A stretch of DNA of 64,000 bases from Deltaproteobacteria bacterium. GTDB taxonomy: Bacteria; Desulfobacterota; Syntrophobacteria; BM002. A program made the position numbers and the translations under genes. Within the stretch, counting starts at the first letter, position 1; each line of letters begins with the position of its first letter. The notes beneath the pieces were generated by a model. The model was not told the DNA's origin and did no database searches. It saw only the letters and a list, made by a program, of their open reading frames with translations. The stretch is from positions 5,297-69,296 of the forward strand of contig JARRNM010000024.1 in assembly GCA_037384945.1 (NCBI GenBank). The letters run 5' to 3'. Of this stretch, positions 55,799 through 64,000 are shown in pieces.

Positions 55799-57322
55799 TC
55801 AATCTTTGTTAGCTCCTTGGCCCTTCGAACTCTCCTTGTGCGTGGCAATCTGTCTGGCCCTCGGAAATTCGCTCTTTTGACTGAGCTTGCGGGCCATAAC
55901 CTGTGCCTCGCCTTTGTCTTTGTACTTGCCTACCAGAACCCTGTACCAGGTACCCATCTCACCCAAATCTATCCAGGCAACCCAGGCATCAAAGCCGCGA
56001 TTCTGCAGTTGCCGCATTCTCGTCGCTGCGATTTCCGGGTCTTGAAAGGATTCCACTTGTACGGTGTAGACATACGGCGGTTTGAGCAGGTACTGGGGAA
56101 ACCTTTCCTTAGCTGGTTTGATATCAGACCTTGCCAAGACAGCTGTCTTTGCCTCTTCTCTTCCATCTTCCACAACCGGGTGAGCTTTCGAATTGGCATC
56201 ACCTAGCAAACTCTCCAAAGAAGGATCTTTGTCCAGAGGTGAAGGGGAGGTCAAATTCCTTTTTTCGGTCCGGATCGGGCTTTTCATCACTGCCGGCTTT
56301 GGCTGTGGGATCTCAGCCCGGACAAATTGGCGCGAGTAGTTAAGGGGAGCGAAAGACTTCTGAGTAACGGTCCTGTTCACATAGGTTTTCAACATCTCCC
56401 TGATTGCGGGGACAAACACCAATGCGCTTGCTATTACCAGAACGGAAAAGGCGACTGCGACCTCTTTCCAATTGTGGCTGAACCTGAGCAGCGGACTGGA
56501 ACGGCTTCTTGGAAATCTGCCGTTCAGACTCTGCCTCCCCTCTATCACGTGAGTCTGCCTTATTTTGCGGCTTTCCCCCAGATAGGCGGCCAGCAAGGAG
56601 CGCTCGGCAATTATATTAATCAGCCTCGGCACTCCCTTGGAGAAACGGTAAATCTCACGGTGTGCCCTTTTGTCGAAAGAGGTGCTTCCCGCAGCTCTCG
56701 CCATATTCAGACGGTGCTGCAGGTACATTCTGGTTTCCCTCTTATCAAGAGGTCTCAGGTGGTAACGGAGAGAGATGCGCTGCTGCAGATGACGAAGCTC
56801 AAATCCCTCCAATTTGGCCGGCAGTTCCTCGCTCCCCACCAGAATTATCTGAATGAGTTTCTCCTTGTGGGTCTCTAAATTGGAAAGTAACCTCACCTGC
56901 TCTAGACATTCTGTGGAGAGATGCTGGGCCTCGTCGATTATCAAAACCGCTGTTCTTCCGGCAGCCAGAGTTTTCAGGAGAAAGCGATTGAGCACATCCA
57001 GTAACTCTTTTCTGGTGGCTCCAGCCGAGGGCAGTCCGAAGTCTTCCAAAATGGCCCTGAGCAGCTCCTCTTCGTTGAGCAAGGGATTCAGGATGAGGGA
57101 GGTAGCAACCTCGCGGGGATCGAGTCGCTCCAGCAGGGCCCGGCACAAAGTGGTCTTTCCGGTACCCGTATCTCCGCTGATCAGAACGAATCCCTCTTTT
57201 TGATGAATCCCGTAAAGAAGATGGTCCAGGGCCTCGCGGTGCTTTTCGCTGAAAAAGAGAAACTTGGGATCGGGGGTCAACCCGAATGGTTTCTCCCGGA
57301 GGCCAAAAAAATCCAGGTACAT
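55799..57322 (-). CDS. ExeA/GspA/MshM-like AAA ATPase with C-terminal SPOR domain
   Basis: MYLDFFGLREKPF N-terminus and Walker A GDTGTGKTT. The C-terminus YTVQVESFQDPEIAATRM...GTWYRVLVGKYKDKGEA is SPOR-like. Confidence 0.85.
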   Translation of the reverse strand: MYLDFFGLREKPFGLTPDPKFLFFSEKHREALDHLLYGIHQKEGFVLISGDTGTGKTTLCRALLERLDPREVATSLILNPLLNEEELLRAILEDFGLPSAGATRKELLDVLNRFLLKTLAAGRTAVLIIDEAQHLSTECLEQVRLLSNLETHKEKLIQIILVGSEELPAKLEGFELRHLQQRISLRYHLRPLDKRETRMYLQHRLNMARAAGSTSFDKRAHREIYRFSKGVPRLINIIAERSLLAAYLGESRKIRQTHVIEGRQSLNGRFPRSRSSPLLRFSHNWKEVAVAFSVLVIASALVFVPAIREMLKTYVNRTVTQKSFAPLNYSRQFVRAEIPQPKPAVMKSPIRTEKRNLTSPSPLDKDPSLESLLGDANSKAHPVVEDGREEAKTAVLARSDIKPAKERFPQYLLKPPYVYTVQVESFQDPEIAATRMRQLQNRGFDAWVAWIDLGEMGTWYRVLVGKYKDKGEAQVMARKLSQKSEFPRARQIATHKESSKGQGANKD

Positions 57323-57331
57323 AATCCTCTC

Positions 57332-58969
57332 TCATGGATTGAGGTAATCTATGGGCATGCGATCCTGCTGTTCAAGTAAATCTAATCGCCTGAGATCTTC
57401 GGACTTTATCTCCTCGATCCTCTTGCCGGTGAGCACCGTTGGGCTGATCAAGATTACCAGTTCCGTTTTCTCCGCGCTTTCCTCTCTGTAACCGAACAGA
57501 TAGCCGAAAACCGGTAGGTTCGTCAGGCAAGGGAGTCCCGTCCTTGTCGAGCTTTCCTGATCCTGAAGGAGCCCGGCAATGATGATGGTCTGCCCGTCTC
57601 GCACTTTGACCACTGTGTCGGCCTCCCGAATGCGAAGGAGGGGAAACTCGGTGCCGTCGGGAGCTGCAACTCTATCAAACTCGGCCGTTATGCTCGGGTG
57701 GATGTTCATAGTGATATAGCCGCCCCCGCCAATCTGGGGGGTTACATCCAGGATAACCCCCACGTCGATGGTGTTGGGCGTGAAAGACTGCAAGGTGCTC
57801 GTTTGCGCCTGGCTTATTTCCGAGGTAAAGTACACATCCTGTCTGGCCTCTTTGATAATGGCCGTCTGATTGTTCATGGTGGACACTTTGGGACTGGCCA
57901 AGGCTTTGACCTTGCCCTGGGTCTCCAGGGCTTTTACTAGATCAGAAAGGACAAAATCACCGTTTGCCAGCGGCCCGGTAGCACCCGCAACGAGCAGAGC
58001 ACCCGTTGCGCTAGTTGGCGTCCCCCCGCCGAATATGTTCCAACTGAGCGACAGCTGGCTGAGATCCAGGTTCAATAACTCCGTTTGGATGTTGTCCCAG
58101 CGGACGCCGGTCTCGAACTCCTTTCTCAGGGTCACTTCCAAGATACGGGCCTGGATGAGCACCTGGCGCTGGATTGAAACCTCCATCTGCTCCAAAAACC
58201 TTGCCACCTCTTGCAGCTTGTCCGGATAGTCCCGCACCTGAATGAGGCCGCTTATCTTGCTGATCACCAGCTGCCTGCCGTCTTTGCTGGACATGCTCGA
58301 TACCACGCCCGACTCCCGAGCCCGGAGCACTGCCGTGGGTTTCTCCTCCTGAAAGATGATTGCGGTCAAACCCTCCTGGAGTTCCGCCCAAAAGTCCATC
58401 TCGTCCTTGCCGCTGATACGAGTCTCACTGGCGCTGATCTGTTCACCACCGGCCCCTGCGCCCTGGGTGGCCACTACGGTCTTTTCCCCTTTACGGTTGG
58501 TGCTAATGTAATTTACCTGAAAGATCTTCGTCTCCAGTACCGGCTTGGAGATGCGGATTATACTACCCTCCCTGCGATAACTGAAGCCCAGCTGGCCGAG
58601 GATTGCCTCCAGTGCCTGCTCCAAGGTCACCCGATTGAGGTTTACCGTCACTGTACCAGTCACGTCTGGATCCACCACCAGATTTTCTCCGCTTTCCTGG
58701 GCGAGGGCAAGGAGTACATCTTGTATTTGTGCTTCCCGAACCCGGAGCGAGTAAACTTTGCCGGGACTGCCGATAGCTAGACGCGCCGGTTCTTCTTCTT
58801 GGAATTGGGGGACGGTCAGTTCCTCGAGTGAAGATTCAGGAGCCGGAAATGTCTCTGGTGGCCTTGCAGGTGCGGGTTCAGGCTGGCTGGCACACCCTGG
58901 TAATAAATAGACCACGGCGAGAATAGCAACCGCAAGTAAGCTTTTTATGCAAATCTTCCGGCTAATCAT
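57332..58969 (-). CDS. type IV pilus / type II secretion-family secretin (PilQ/MshL-like lipoprotein)
   Basis: Lipobox LLPGCAS and a secretin C-domain (VVKVRDGQTIIIAGLLQD ... LPVFGYLFGY ... ELVILISPTV). Confidence 0.9.
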   Translation of the reverse strand: MISRKICIKSLLAVAILAVVYLLPGCASQPEPAPARPPETFPAPESSLEELTVPQFQEEEPARLAIGSPGKVYSLRVREAQIQDVLLALAQESGENLVVDPDVTGTVTVNLNRVTLEQALEAILGQLGFSYRREGSIIRISKPVLETKIFQVNYISTNRKGEKTVVATQGAGAGGEQISASETRISGKDEMDFWAELQEGLTAIIFQEEKPTAVLRARESGVVSSMSSKDGRQLVISKISGLIQVRDYPDKLQEVARFLEQMEVSIQRQVLIQARILEVTLRKEFETGVRWDNIQTELLNLDLSQLSLSWNIFGGGTPTSATGALLVAGATGPLANGDFVLSDLVKALETQGKVKALASPKVSTMNNQTAIIKEARQDVYFTSEISQAQTSTLQSFTPNTIDVGVILDVTPQIGGGGYITMNIHPSITAEFDRVAAPDGTEFPLLRIREADTVVKVRDGQTIIIAGLLQDQESSTRTGLPCLTNLPVFGYLFGYREESAEKTELVILISPTVLTGKRIEEIKSEDLRRLDLLEQQDRMPIDYLNP

Positions 58970-58989
58970 TTTCCTCCCATCGTAGCTGG

Positions 58990-59077
58990 AATCCTGGAGT
59001 GTTGGAATAATGGAATATTGGGTACAGTTTCCAAGTTTCCATCATTCCACCATTCCATCATTCCCTACTCCCCAGGG
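58990..59077. repeat. short word-chain repeat
   Basis: GGAATAATGGAATATTGG inverted against CCATCATTCCACCATTCCATCATTCC. Confidence 0.75.
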
Positions 59078-59608
59078 TCACCTCTTTCTAGCGCCCTCTA
59101 CCGTTACTTTCGTTTTCGGCTGAGGTACCTCGAGCAAACGCTCGCCACTGGCTCCGTTAAGGACTACATGATCCAGGGTAATACTGGAGATCGTTTCTCC
59201 GCCAATTTCATCCCCCACGGCATAAATCCTATCGTCGATAACTGCCAAGCGCTTCGATCCACTGACCAAAACGGTGGAAAGTTTATATTGCGGTCCCTTC
59301 GTTTCACCCTCTTGTTTAGGTCTAGCCACCTTCTGTGGAGTTGTCGCAGTCTCTTCGGCCGCCTGATATGGGGAGTAAAAGGGATCACGGCCCCAGCCAC
59401 CAGGAACCACTTCCTCCGGTTCTTCCTCTATCTCTTGTTTCTCTTGCTTACCGCTTTGGGCCAAAGTCACCAACATCTTATCCAGCGGCGCGCCTGGCTG
59501 GACCTCCTCACGCTTAGGCCCAAATAACCAGACAATTCCCCAGAGGGAAAGAACCACACCCACCACGCAGTAAACAAAAATCTTATTTGGCGGTTTCGTC
59601 AGGTCCAT
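59078..59608 (-). CDS. PilP/GspC-like pilus assembly protein (hypothetical)
   Basis: N-terminal TM, an RDPF motif, and a C-terminus KRLAVIDDRIYAVGDEIGGETISSITLDHVVL typical of PilP/GspB/MshK-type proteins. Confidence 0.55.
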   Translation of the reverse strand: MDLTKPPNKIFVYCVVGVVLSLWGIVWLFGPKREEVQPGAPLDKMLVTLAQSGKQEKQEIEEEPEEVVPGGWGRDPFYSPYQAAEETATTPQKVARPKQEGETKGPQYKLSTVLVSGSKRLAVIDDRIYAVGDEIGGETISSITLDHVVLNGASGERLLEVPQPKTKVTVEGARKR

Positions 59609-59793
59609 TAAAATCGTTCTATCGTTCGCTTCCAGCGAACTCGTCCAAATCGGAAGAGCTCAAGCTGACAGCAGTCAGTGGCCAGTCCTTAATTTCGAAA
59701 TTTGAAATTTGCACTTCGCAATCTTCTTCTCTATGCTCCATGCCCTATGCCCCATGCGGCGAACGGGGTGGGCTACAACGGACCACGGACTCC
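59609..59793. repeat. intergenic word-chain repeat region inside pilus cluster
   Basis: CGTTC words, CAGTCAGTGGCCAGTCC, AATTTCGAAATTTGAAATTTGC, CTATGCTCCATGCCCTATGCCCCATGC and ACAACGGACCACGGAC. Confidence 0.85.
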
Positions 59794-60351
59794 TTAACTT
59801 CTCACCACAATCTCCAGCTGGAGCTGAATTTGCAGATTTTGTGGACGCTCCCTGCCTCGTTCAACTCTCAACTGGGCAACCTTCACGTAAAACGGCTGTT
59901 TTTCGAGGGAGCTGATGAATTCACCCAGCTGCTCGTAACGTCCTCGAATTCCGAGATTAAGCACAAGTTGCCGAAATTCTCCCATTTTGCCGCCCTGAGT
60001 CCGCAGAGCGGTGTCTCTTTCCGGTCGAAGATTTTCAATCTGAAGGCCCTGAGTTTTAGCCTGTCTACTCACCTCGTTGATTATCTCCGCAGGTTCAGCC
60101 TTGTAGGAAAGCGCCTTTTCCAGTTCAGCTACCTGCTGTCTCTTGTTGAGCAAATTTGCATTCAGGGAGTTGAATTCCACGAGCTTAGGTCCGATGCTCG
60201 TAGTCTGCTGATTTAACTCTTCAAGCTCATTTTGAAGTTTGCGGAGCTTTTTCGACTGAGGCTCCAGCAGAAATTGGTTGACACAAAAGACAATCGCTAC
60301 CAAGCCAACCACAGCGGTGATTATCTTTTCTCTGGTATTTAGTTCACGCAT
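59794..60351 (-). CDS. pilO: PilO-like pilus assembly protein
   Basis: N-terminal TM, a coiled coil, and a C-terminal ferredoxin-like part (LNLGIRGRYEQLGEFISSLEKQPFYVKV). Confidence 0.65.
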   Translation of the reverse strand: MRELNTREKIITAVVGLVAIVFCVNQFLLEPQSKKLRKLQNELEELNQQTTSIGPKLVEFNSLNANLLNKRQQVAELEKALSYKAEPAEIINEVSRQAKTQGLQIENLRPERDTALRTQGGKMGEFRQLVLNLGIRGRYEQLGEFISSLEKQPFYVKVAQLRVERGRERPQNLQIQLQLEIVVRS

Positions 60352-60732
60352 TCTACTCTCCGAGCCTGTCAGTAGTCGGTCGTCCGTTGTTAAAGCCGTT
60401 CTATCATCAGGCTTCGCCGGATTGGTTCAAATCGTGAAAAATCTTAAGATCATCATCATGTTCAATTTTTCCGTGGGGCGGGGCACCGTACCCGTCTTAA
60501 GACTCTTTAGTGAAAAGCTCTCTGTCGGCCGGCACGGTGGCCGGCCCTACTCCTGAATTCTGGATTCTGACTCTTTACTCCTTGCTCTCTGCCCTATGCT
60601 CTATGCTCTATACTTACCGCAATCCGAAATTTACGTCCGGCTTCTGACCTCTGTCTCCTTTACCTTATGGCTGGCGCCCTGAGCCTTGTGCCCCTAGTTC
60701 CATGCCCCATGCCTAACCACGGACAATTGACT
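60352..60732. repeat. intergenic word-chain repeat region inside pilus cluster
   Basis: GTCAGTAGTCGGTCGTCCGTTG, two GC hairpins (GGGGCGGGGCACCG..., GTCGGCCGGCACGGTGGCCGGCCCTAC), CTGAATTCTGGATTCTGAC, CTATGCC words, and CCATGCCCCATGCC...CCACGGACAATTGAC. Confidence 0.9.
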
Positions 60733-62427
60733 TCACTTGAGAGTGCAGCCAATCTCGAAAGCCAATACTGCCGGCCTGGGGACTTTCTGATCTCCGGCCC
60801 TTGCGAGTTCCACATTGGAGAATATTTTTGTTTTTCCCAGCTCCTCCATAAAATTGGTGAGCATGGGAAAAGCTTCTTCCTTCTCTCCATAAATCAGACC
60901 TTGCAGTTTAACCTCAAGTCCACTCCCCTCCTTTTCCTTGAAATCCATGTTTGTCATTGACATATTCTCGGGAATTTTCTGGCTGATGAGTCGCAAGGCT
61001 GCAGCCACCCGAGGAAGATGGAGATCCACCTTCGGCAGCTCTGCGAGCCTCGCATTGAGTTGACTGGTTTCTGCTTGCACTCGCTCGTGTTGTTGGAAAA
61101 TATATCTGTACTGCTCAAAGGTGCTCTTTTTGATATGCACCGCACTTTGAAGAGAGGCAACCTGCCTATGGCTTTGCCAGGCATACTGGCCCAGAGGGAA
61201 CAAAAACAGCAGCCCCAAAGTGGCATAGGCCACCGGTGCCCGCACACTCCACCTTTTTCTATGGGGTTGTAGATCAAGGGGGAGAAGGTTGAACCGCTCT
61301 GTTAAAGGCAGGGAAAGCCCTACTGCCACGGTGAATACCGGCCGAGTTGCCCCGTCCACTTCCGAGAATGCCGTGCTATCCTGGAAAATAATTGGCGCCA
61401 GGGGGTCCAGAAAACCCACCTTTAGGTCAAATCTGTCAGCAAAGAACGACTCGATGCCTTTCAGTTGAGCCGCCCCACCTGCCAGCAAAAGTCTGTTTAT
61501 GGTTTCACCCTGGAACTGAAAAGCATAGTAGTCAAAGGAACGGGAAATTTCTGTCTCTAGCTTCTCGAGCACCGGCCGAATCTTTACGGCCACTTGTGAG
61601 AGAGGTATTCCTTCGGCAGTCTTTCCCCGGTCTTCCACCGAAGGAATGCCGTGCTGCCGCTTGAGCGCTTCCGCCTGGGCAGTATTCAATTCAATCTCTT
61701 GCTCACCGGCGCGAATCATGCCCGTCAATGCCATGGTGAAGGCGTCACCAGAGGTTGGAACATACCGAGAAAACTGGAGTTCCCGCCCATAAAAGATGTT
61801 GATGCTGGTCTTGCGAGCTCCAAGGTCAAGGACCGCTGTGGCACCCTCTTCAGCCTCTCCCAGATTGGTGTTTCGCCATAATTGTTCAACAGCATGCGGC
61901 TCAGCCATCAGACCTAGAGGCTCCAAACCCGCTTGTTGGAGCACCTCAATGTGCTCCATGACCGCTTCTCTGGTCGCTGCCGCGACCAGCACTTCCTGTT
62001 TAGTTTGACCACCACTGTCATCCCTGGAGAGTACCTGGAAGGCGAGCATGGCATCTCCCAGGGAAAAGGGAAAAAGCTCCCCCGCCTGCCAGCGGATGGC
62101 CTCTTGAATTTCCTCTTCCGGGATCTTTGGCAGGCTCAGTCGGCGAGCTGCGACGCCCTTGCCGGCTAACCCCATCACCGCCTGTTTGGTTTTTATGCGG
62201 TTTTCCTGGAGCATCTCTTTTAATTGAGCCGCCAGCACTGAAACCTGAAAACCTCCAGGAGGAGTGGAAGCCGTGGCGTGGTGTACGAGATCCATGCCCC
62301 TTGGAGTGCTTCGTAACTCCACTATCTTGATGGTGTGAGTGCCCATATCGATGCCCAGGTGGCTTTTACGGGGACCCCTGATCTTTCCCAGAATATCGGG
62401 AGTTTTCATTTTAACTAGTTTTGCCAT
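60733..62427 (-). CDS. pilM: PilM-PilN fusion protein
   Basis: Actin-like ATPase N-terminal part (LGIDMGTHTIKIVEL ... LLLAGGAAQLKG), then FNLLPLDLQ plus a TM and a PilN-like C-terminal region. Confidence 0.85.
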   Translation of the reverse strand: MAKLVKMKTPDILGKIRGPRKSHLGIDMGTHTIKIVELRSTPRGMDLVHHATASTPPGGFQVSVLAAQLKEMLQENRIKTKQAVMGLAGKGVAARRLSLPKIPEEEIQEAIRWQAGELFPFSLGDAMLAFQVLSRDDSGGQTKQEVLVAAATREAVMEHIEVLQQAGLEPLGLMAEPHAVEQLWRNTNLGEAEEGATAVLDLGARKTSINIFYGRELQFSRYVPTSGDAFTMALTGMIRAGEQEIELNTAQAEALKRQHGIPSVEDRGKTAEGIPLSQVAVKIRPVLEKLETEISRSFDYYAFQFQGETINRLLLAGGAAQLKGIESFFADRFDLKVGFLDPLAPIIFQDSTAFSEVDGATRPVFTVAVGLSLPLTERFNLLPLDLQPHRKRWSVRAPVAYATLGLLFLFPLGQYAWQSHRQVASLQSAVHIKKSTFEQYRYIFQQHERVQAETSQLNARLAELPKVDLHLPRVAAALRLISQKIPENMSMTNMDFKEKEGSGLEVKLQGLIYGEKEEAFPMLTNFMEELGKTKIFSNVELARAGDQKVPRPAVLAFEIGCTLK

Positions 62428-62670
62428 GACTCCCCGACCGATGGATTAATGGAAGATTGGAATAATGGGAAATTGGGGAGCGAAACAGGTAACGGTTTTG
62501 CTGGACTTGGCCAGCTGCACCTGTCCCCAGTGTTCCAAAATTCCAGGCAGGCTTTCTCCCCACCCGCAAGATCAGTATATTTGTGTCAACCCAACTATTT
62601 AGGTTACTCATCATCGTTTAATGTTCCATCTGTTTCTGCAAAATATCCTATGCCCTATGCCCTGTGCGTC
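62428..62670. repeat. intergenic word-chain repeat region inside pilus cluster
   Basis: GGATTAATGGAAGATTGGAATAATGGGAAATTGGGG and CCTATGCCCTATGCCCTGTGC. Confidence 0.8.
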
Positions 62671-62949
62671 TCACAATAGTTTCGGCTGTCTCAAATCCTC
62701 TAACGCCCTCTCATAGGCGGCACGGTATCGGAAACCTTGTTGGAGGTATTTCCAGATGGCACGAACCTTATCCACTTCACGAGCCGGATAAAAGCGAAAT
62801 GTCTTCTCGCCCCGTCGCTCTGTTTCCGGCTTAACAAAGGCTTTCTGCTCCAGGTAATAGAGCTTCTGGCGAGGGATCCCAACCTCATGTACCACTTCCG
62901 ATGTTGTCTTCATGATAAACGCCCAACCATGAGAAAGATTTGTAGCCAT
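62671..62949 (-). CDS. MerR-family HTH regulator
   Basis: TTSEVVHEVGIPRQKLYYLEQKAFVKP...FRFYPAREVDKV. ATG 62949 is preceded by GGAAAGAG. The longer ORF to 63045 runs into element copy C. Confidence 0.7.
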   Translation of the reverse strand: MATNLSHGWAFIMKTTSEVVHEVGIPRQKLYYLEQKAFVKPETERRGEKTFRFYPAREVDKVRAIWKYLQQGFRYRAAYERALEDLRQPKLL

Positions 62950-62962
62950 TGACTCTTTCCGT

Positions 62963-63622
62963 CTAACCCACATTTTTCGCGAAACGGCGTCGCGAGACTG
63001 TAAAGATGGGCGTACCACCGGGCAACCACAGGGGGTTGGATCCAAGACGTACTTGAATAGTACGTCGCAGGAGCCGACACCCGAGGACGACCGTAAGGAC
63101 AGCTATATCTGCAGTAGCAACAGGCGATTCGTGAAATATGTGGGTTAAGTTCAAATAGTCAGGACAAGAAACTTCTGAACCTTCACACCCCTCGCCCTGC
63201 TCACGACAGAATCTCGAGCGGAGAACTCGCGTTGCCTCTCCATAAGTGCCGGTGGAGATAACGCTGACACACATGTAAGTGCCGCCCTCCACCTCGCAGT
63301 TGCCATAAGAACAATAGGAGTCTGAGGCTATGGTGAAAGTCCCGCTGCCAAGAGTCTTCTCCGCTTCAATTGAGTTCCAGCAGCGAAGGTCACTGAGGTA
63401 TTTGCCAGCCCAATTAATTCCCGCCTCTGCCACATAAAAGGCGCTGGTTGATTGAGCCGTAATCGGCACTGACTTTTGCTTGCTGGCCATCATACTTACC
63501 ATGGAGTAACCAATGGCAGACAGTACCAGCATGACGAAGACTACAACCAGCACCGAAAAGCCTCTCTGACCCCTCAGTAGCCCCAGTAGCCCATTTGTCT
63601 CTTGCTCACAGGTTTGTTTCAT
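62963..63622 (-). CDS. PilX-like minor (pseudo)pilin; C-terminal ~61 codons read through element copy C
   Basis: QRGFSVLVVVFVMLVLSAIGYSM ... SAFYVAEAGINWA matches the PilX N-terminal domain. The stop TAG sits at the last bases of the element. Confidence 0.6.
   Translation of the reverse strand: MKQTCEQETNGLLGLLRGQRGFSVLVVVFVMLVLSAIGYSMVSMMASKQKSVPITAQSTSAFYVAEAGINWAGKYLSDLRCWNSIEAEKTLGSGTFTIASDSYCSYGNCEVEGGTYMCVSVISTGTYGEATRVLRSRFCREQGEGCEGSEVSCPDYLNLTHIFHESPVATADIAVLTVVLGCRLLRRTIQVRLGSNPLWLPGGTPIFTVSRRRFAKNVG
62964..63147 (-). repeat. copy C of the ~180-nt structured element (inverted relative to copy A)
   Basis: Termini TAACCCACATTTTTCGCGAA / TTCGTGAAATATGTGGGTTA pair. Hairpin GACGTACT-TGAAT-AGTACGTC. 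Core GTCGCGAGACTGTAAAGATGGG is the reverse complement of the copy A core. Confidence 0.7.
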
Positions 63623-63649
63623 TTACCTAAGCCTCCTGAAAGGGGCGTC

Positions 63650-63840
63650 CGTTGTTTGTCGTCTGCTGTCCGTTGTGTAAATGGCATAGAGCATAGGGCA
63701 TGGAGCATGGAGTAAATACAAAATCCTTCACTCTATGCTCTATGCCTCGCCAAATCCGCGATCCGAAATCCGAAATTCTGTCCTCTGCCAGCTGCCCGCT
63801 GCTTCCTGCCAGCTCGCAGTTCCCTTGCGCCTTGTGCCCT
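63650..63840. repeat. intergenic word-chain repeat region
   Basis: GTCCGTTGT words, inverted then direct CTATGCC words, AAATCCGAAATCCGAAATTC, TGTCCTC, and CTGCCCGCTG / CTGCCAGCT words. Confidence 0.85.
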
Positions 63841-64000
63841 TTATGAAACATTCCTCATATGCACCTTCGTCCTCATTGAAACGCTTCCACCCTCCGGTGA
63901 ACTCAGCGTCAGCTCCAAGGTCACGACCGTTGTCCCACTGACCGCACTGGTCACATATATGCTATACCAATAGTTATTAAACGACCCACCTGACGGAAAA
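63841..64000 (-). CDS. partial CDS (C-terminus only), possibly a minor pilin
   Basis: The minus-strand frame is open from the window edge to TAA at 63841-63843 (…NNYWYSIYVTSAVSGTTVVTLELTLSSPEGGSVSMRTKVHMRNVS). The function is guessed from context only. Confidence 0.3.
   Translation of the reverse strand, partial: FPSGGSFNNYWYSIYVTSAVSGTTVVTLELTLSSPEGGSVSMRTKVHMRNVS

Overview
This is a 64-kb chromosomal window from a diderm bacterium. The taxon cannot be fixed from sequence alone; the gene content (Mla lipid transport, type IV pilus-like secretin cluster, many two-component and PilZ genes) looks like a deltaproteobacterium or Desulfobacterota-like lineage. Recognisable genes include a 2-oxoacid dehydrogenase operon (E1a, E1b, E2, E3), an M50/CBS protease, a scattered trehalose gene set (GH65 phosphorylase, beta-PGM/T6P-phosphatase fusion, OtsA, TreT, GH15-like hydrolase, GT4), a STAS-MlaE/F/D/lipoprotein transporter, PssA, SlyD, MgtC, two PilZ proteins, a CheB-CheR-PAS fusion, several NarL-type two-component genes, a PLD-DedA fusion with an EEP nuclease, a DHH phosphoesterase, and a pilM/N-pilO-secretin-ExeA/SPOR-TPR pilus cluster. 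I saw no rRNA, tRNA or CRISPR array. Four things stand out. (1) About 20 intergenic gaps, including gaps inside operons, are built from a shared vocabulary of 7-14 bp tandem 'words' plus GC-rich hairpins, chained in a partly conserved order. (2) A ~180-nt element is present in 3 copies. It has a covarying long closing helix, a covarying internal hairpin, and a conserved core whose substitutions fall on codon third positions of a micro-ORF. (3) Many genes carry lesions: 7-bp and 10-bp tandem-duplication frameshifts, a 90-bp in-frame duplication, an in-frame TGA, a 1-nt frameshift, and several apparent internal deletions. (4) There is an uncharacterised STAS / pseudo-receiver / small-protein operon next to an AT-rich islet. 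All domain calls come from motifs recognised by eye; no database search was run.
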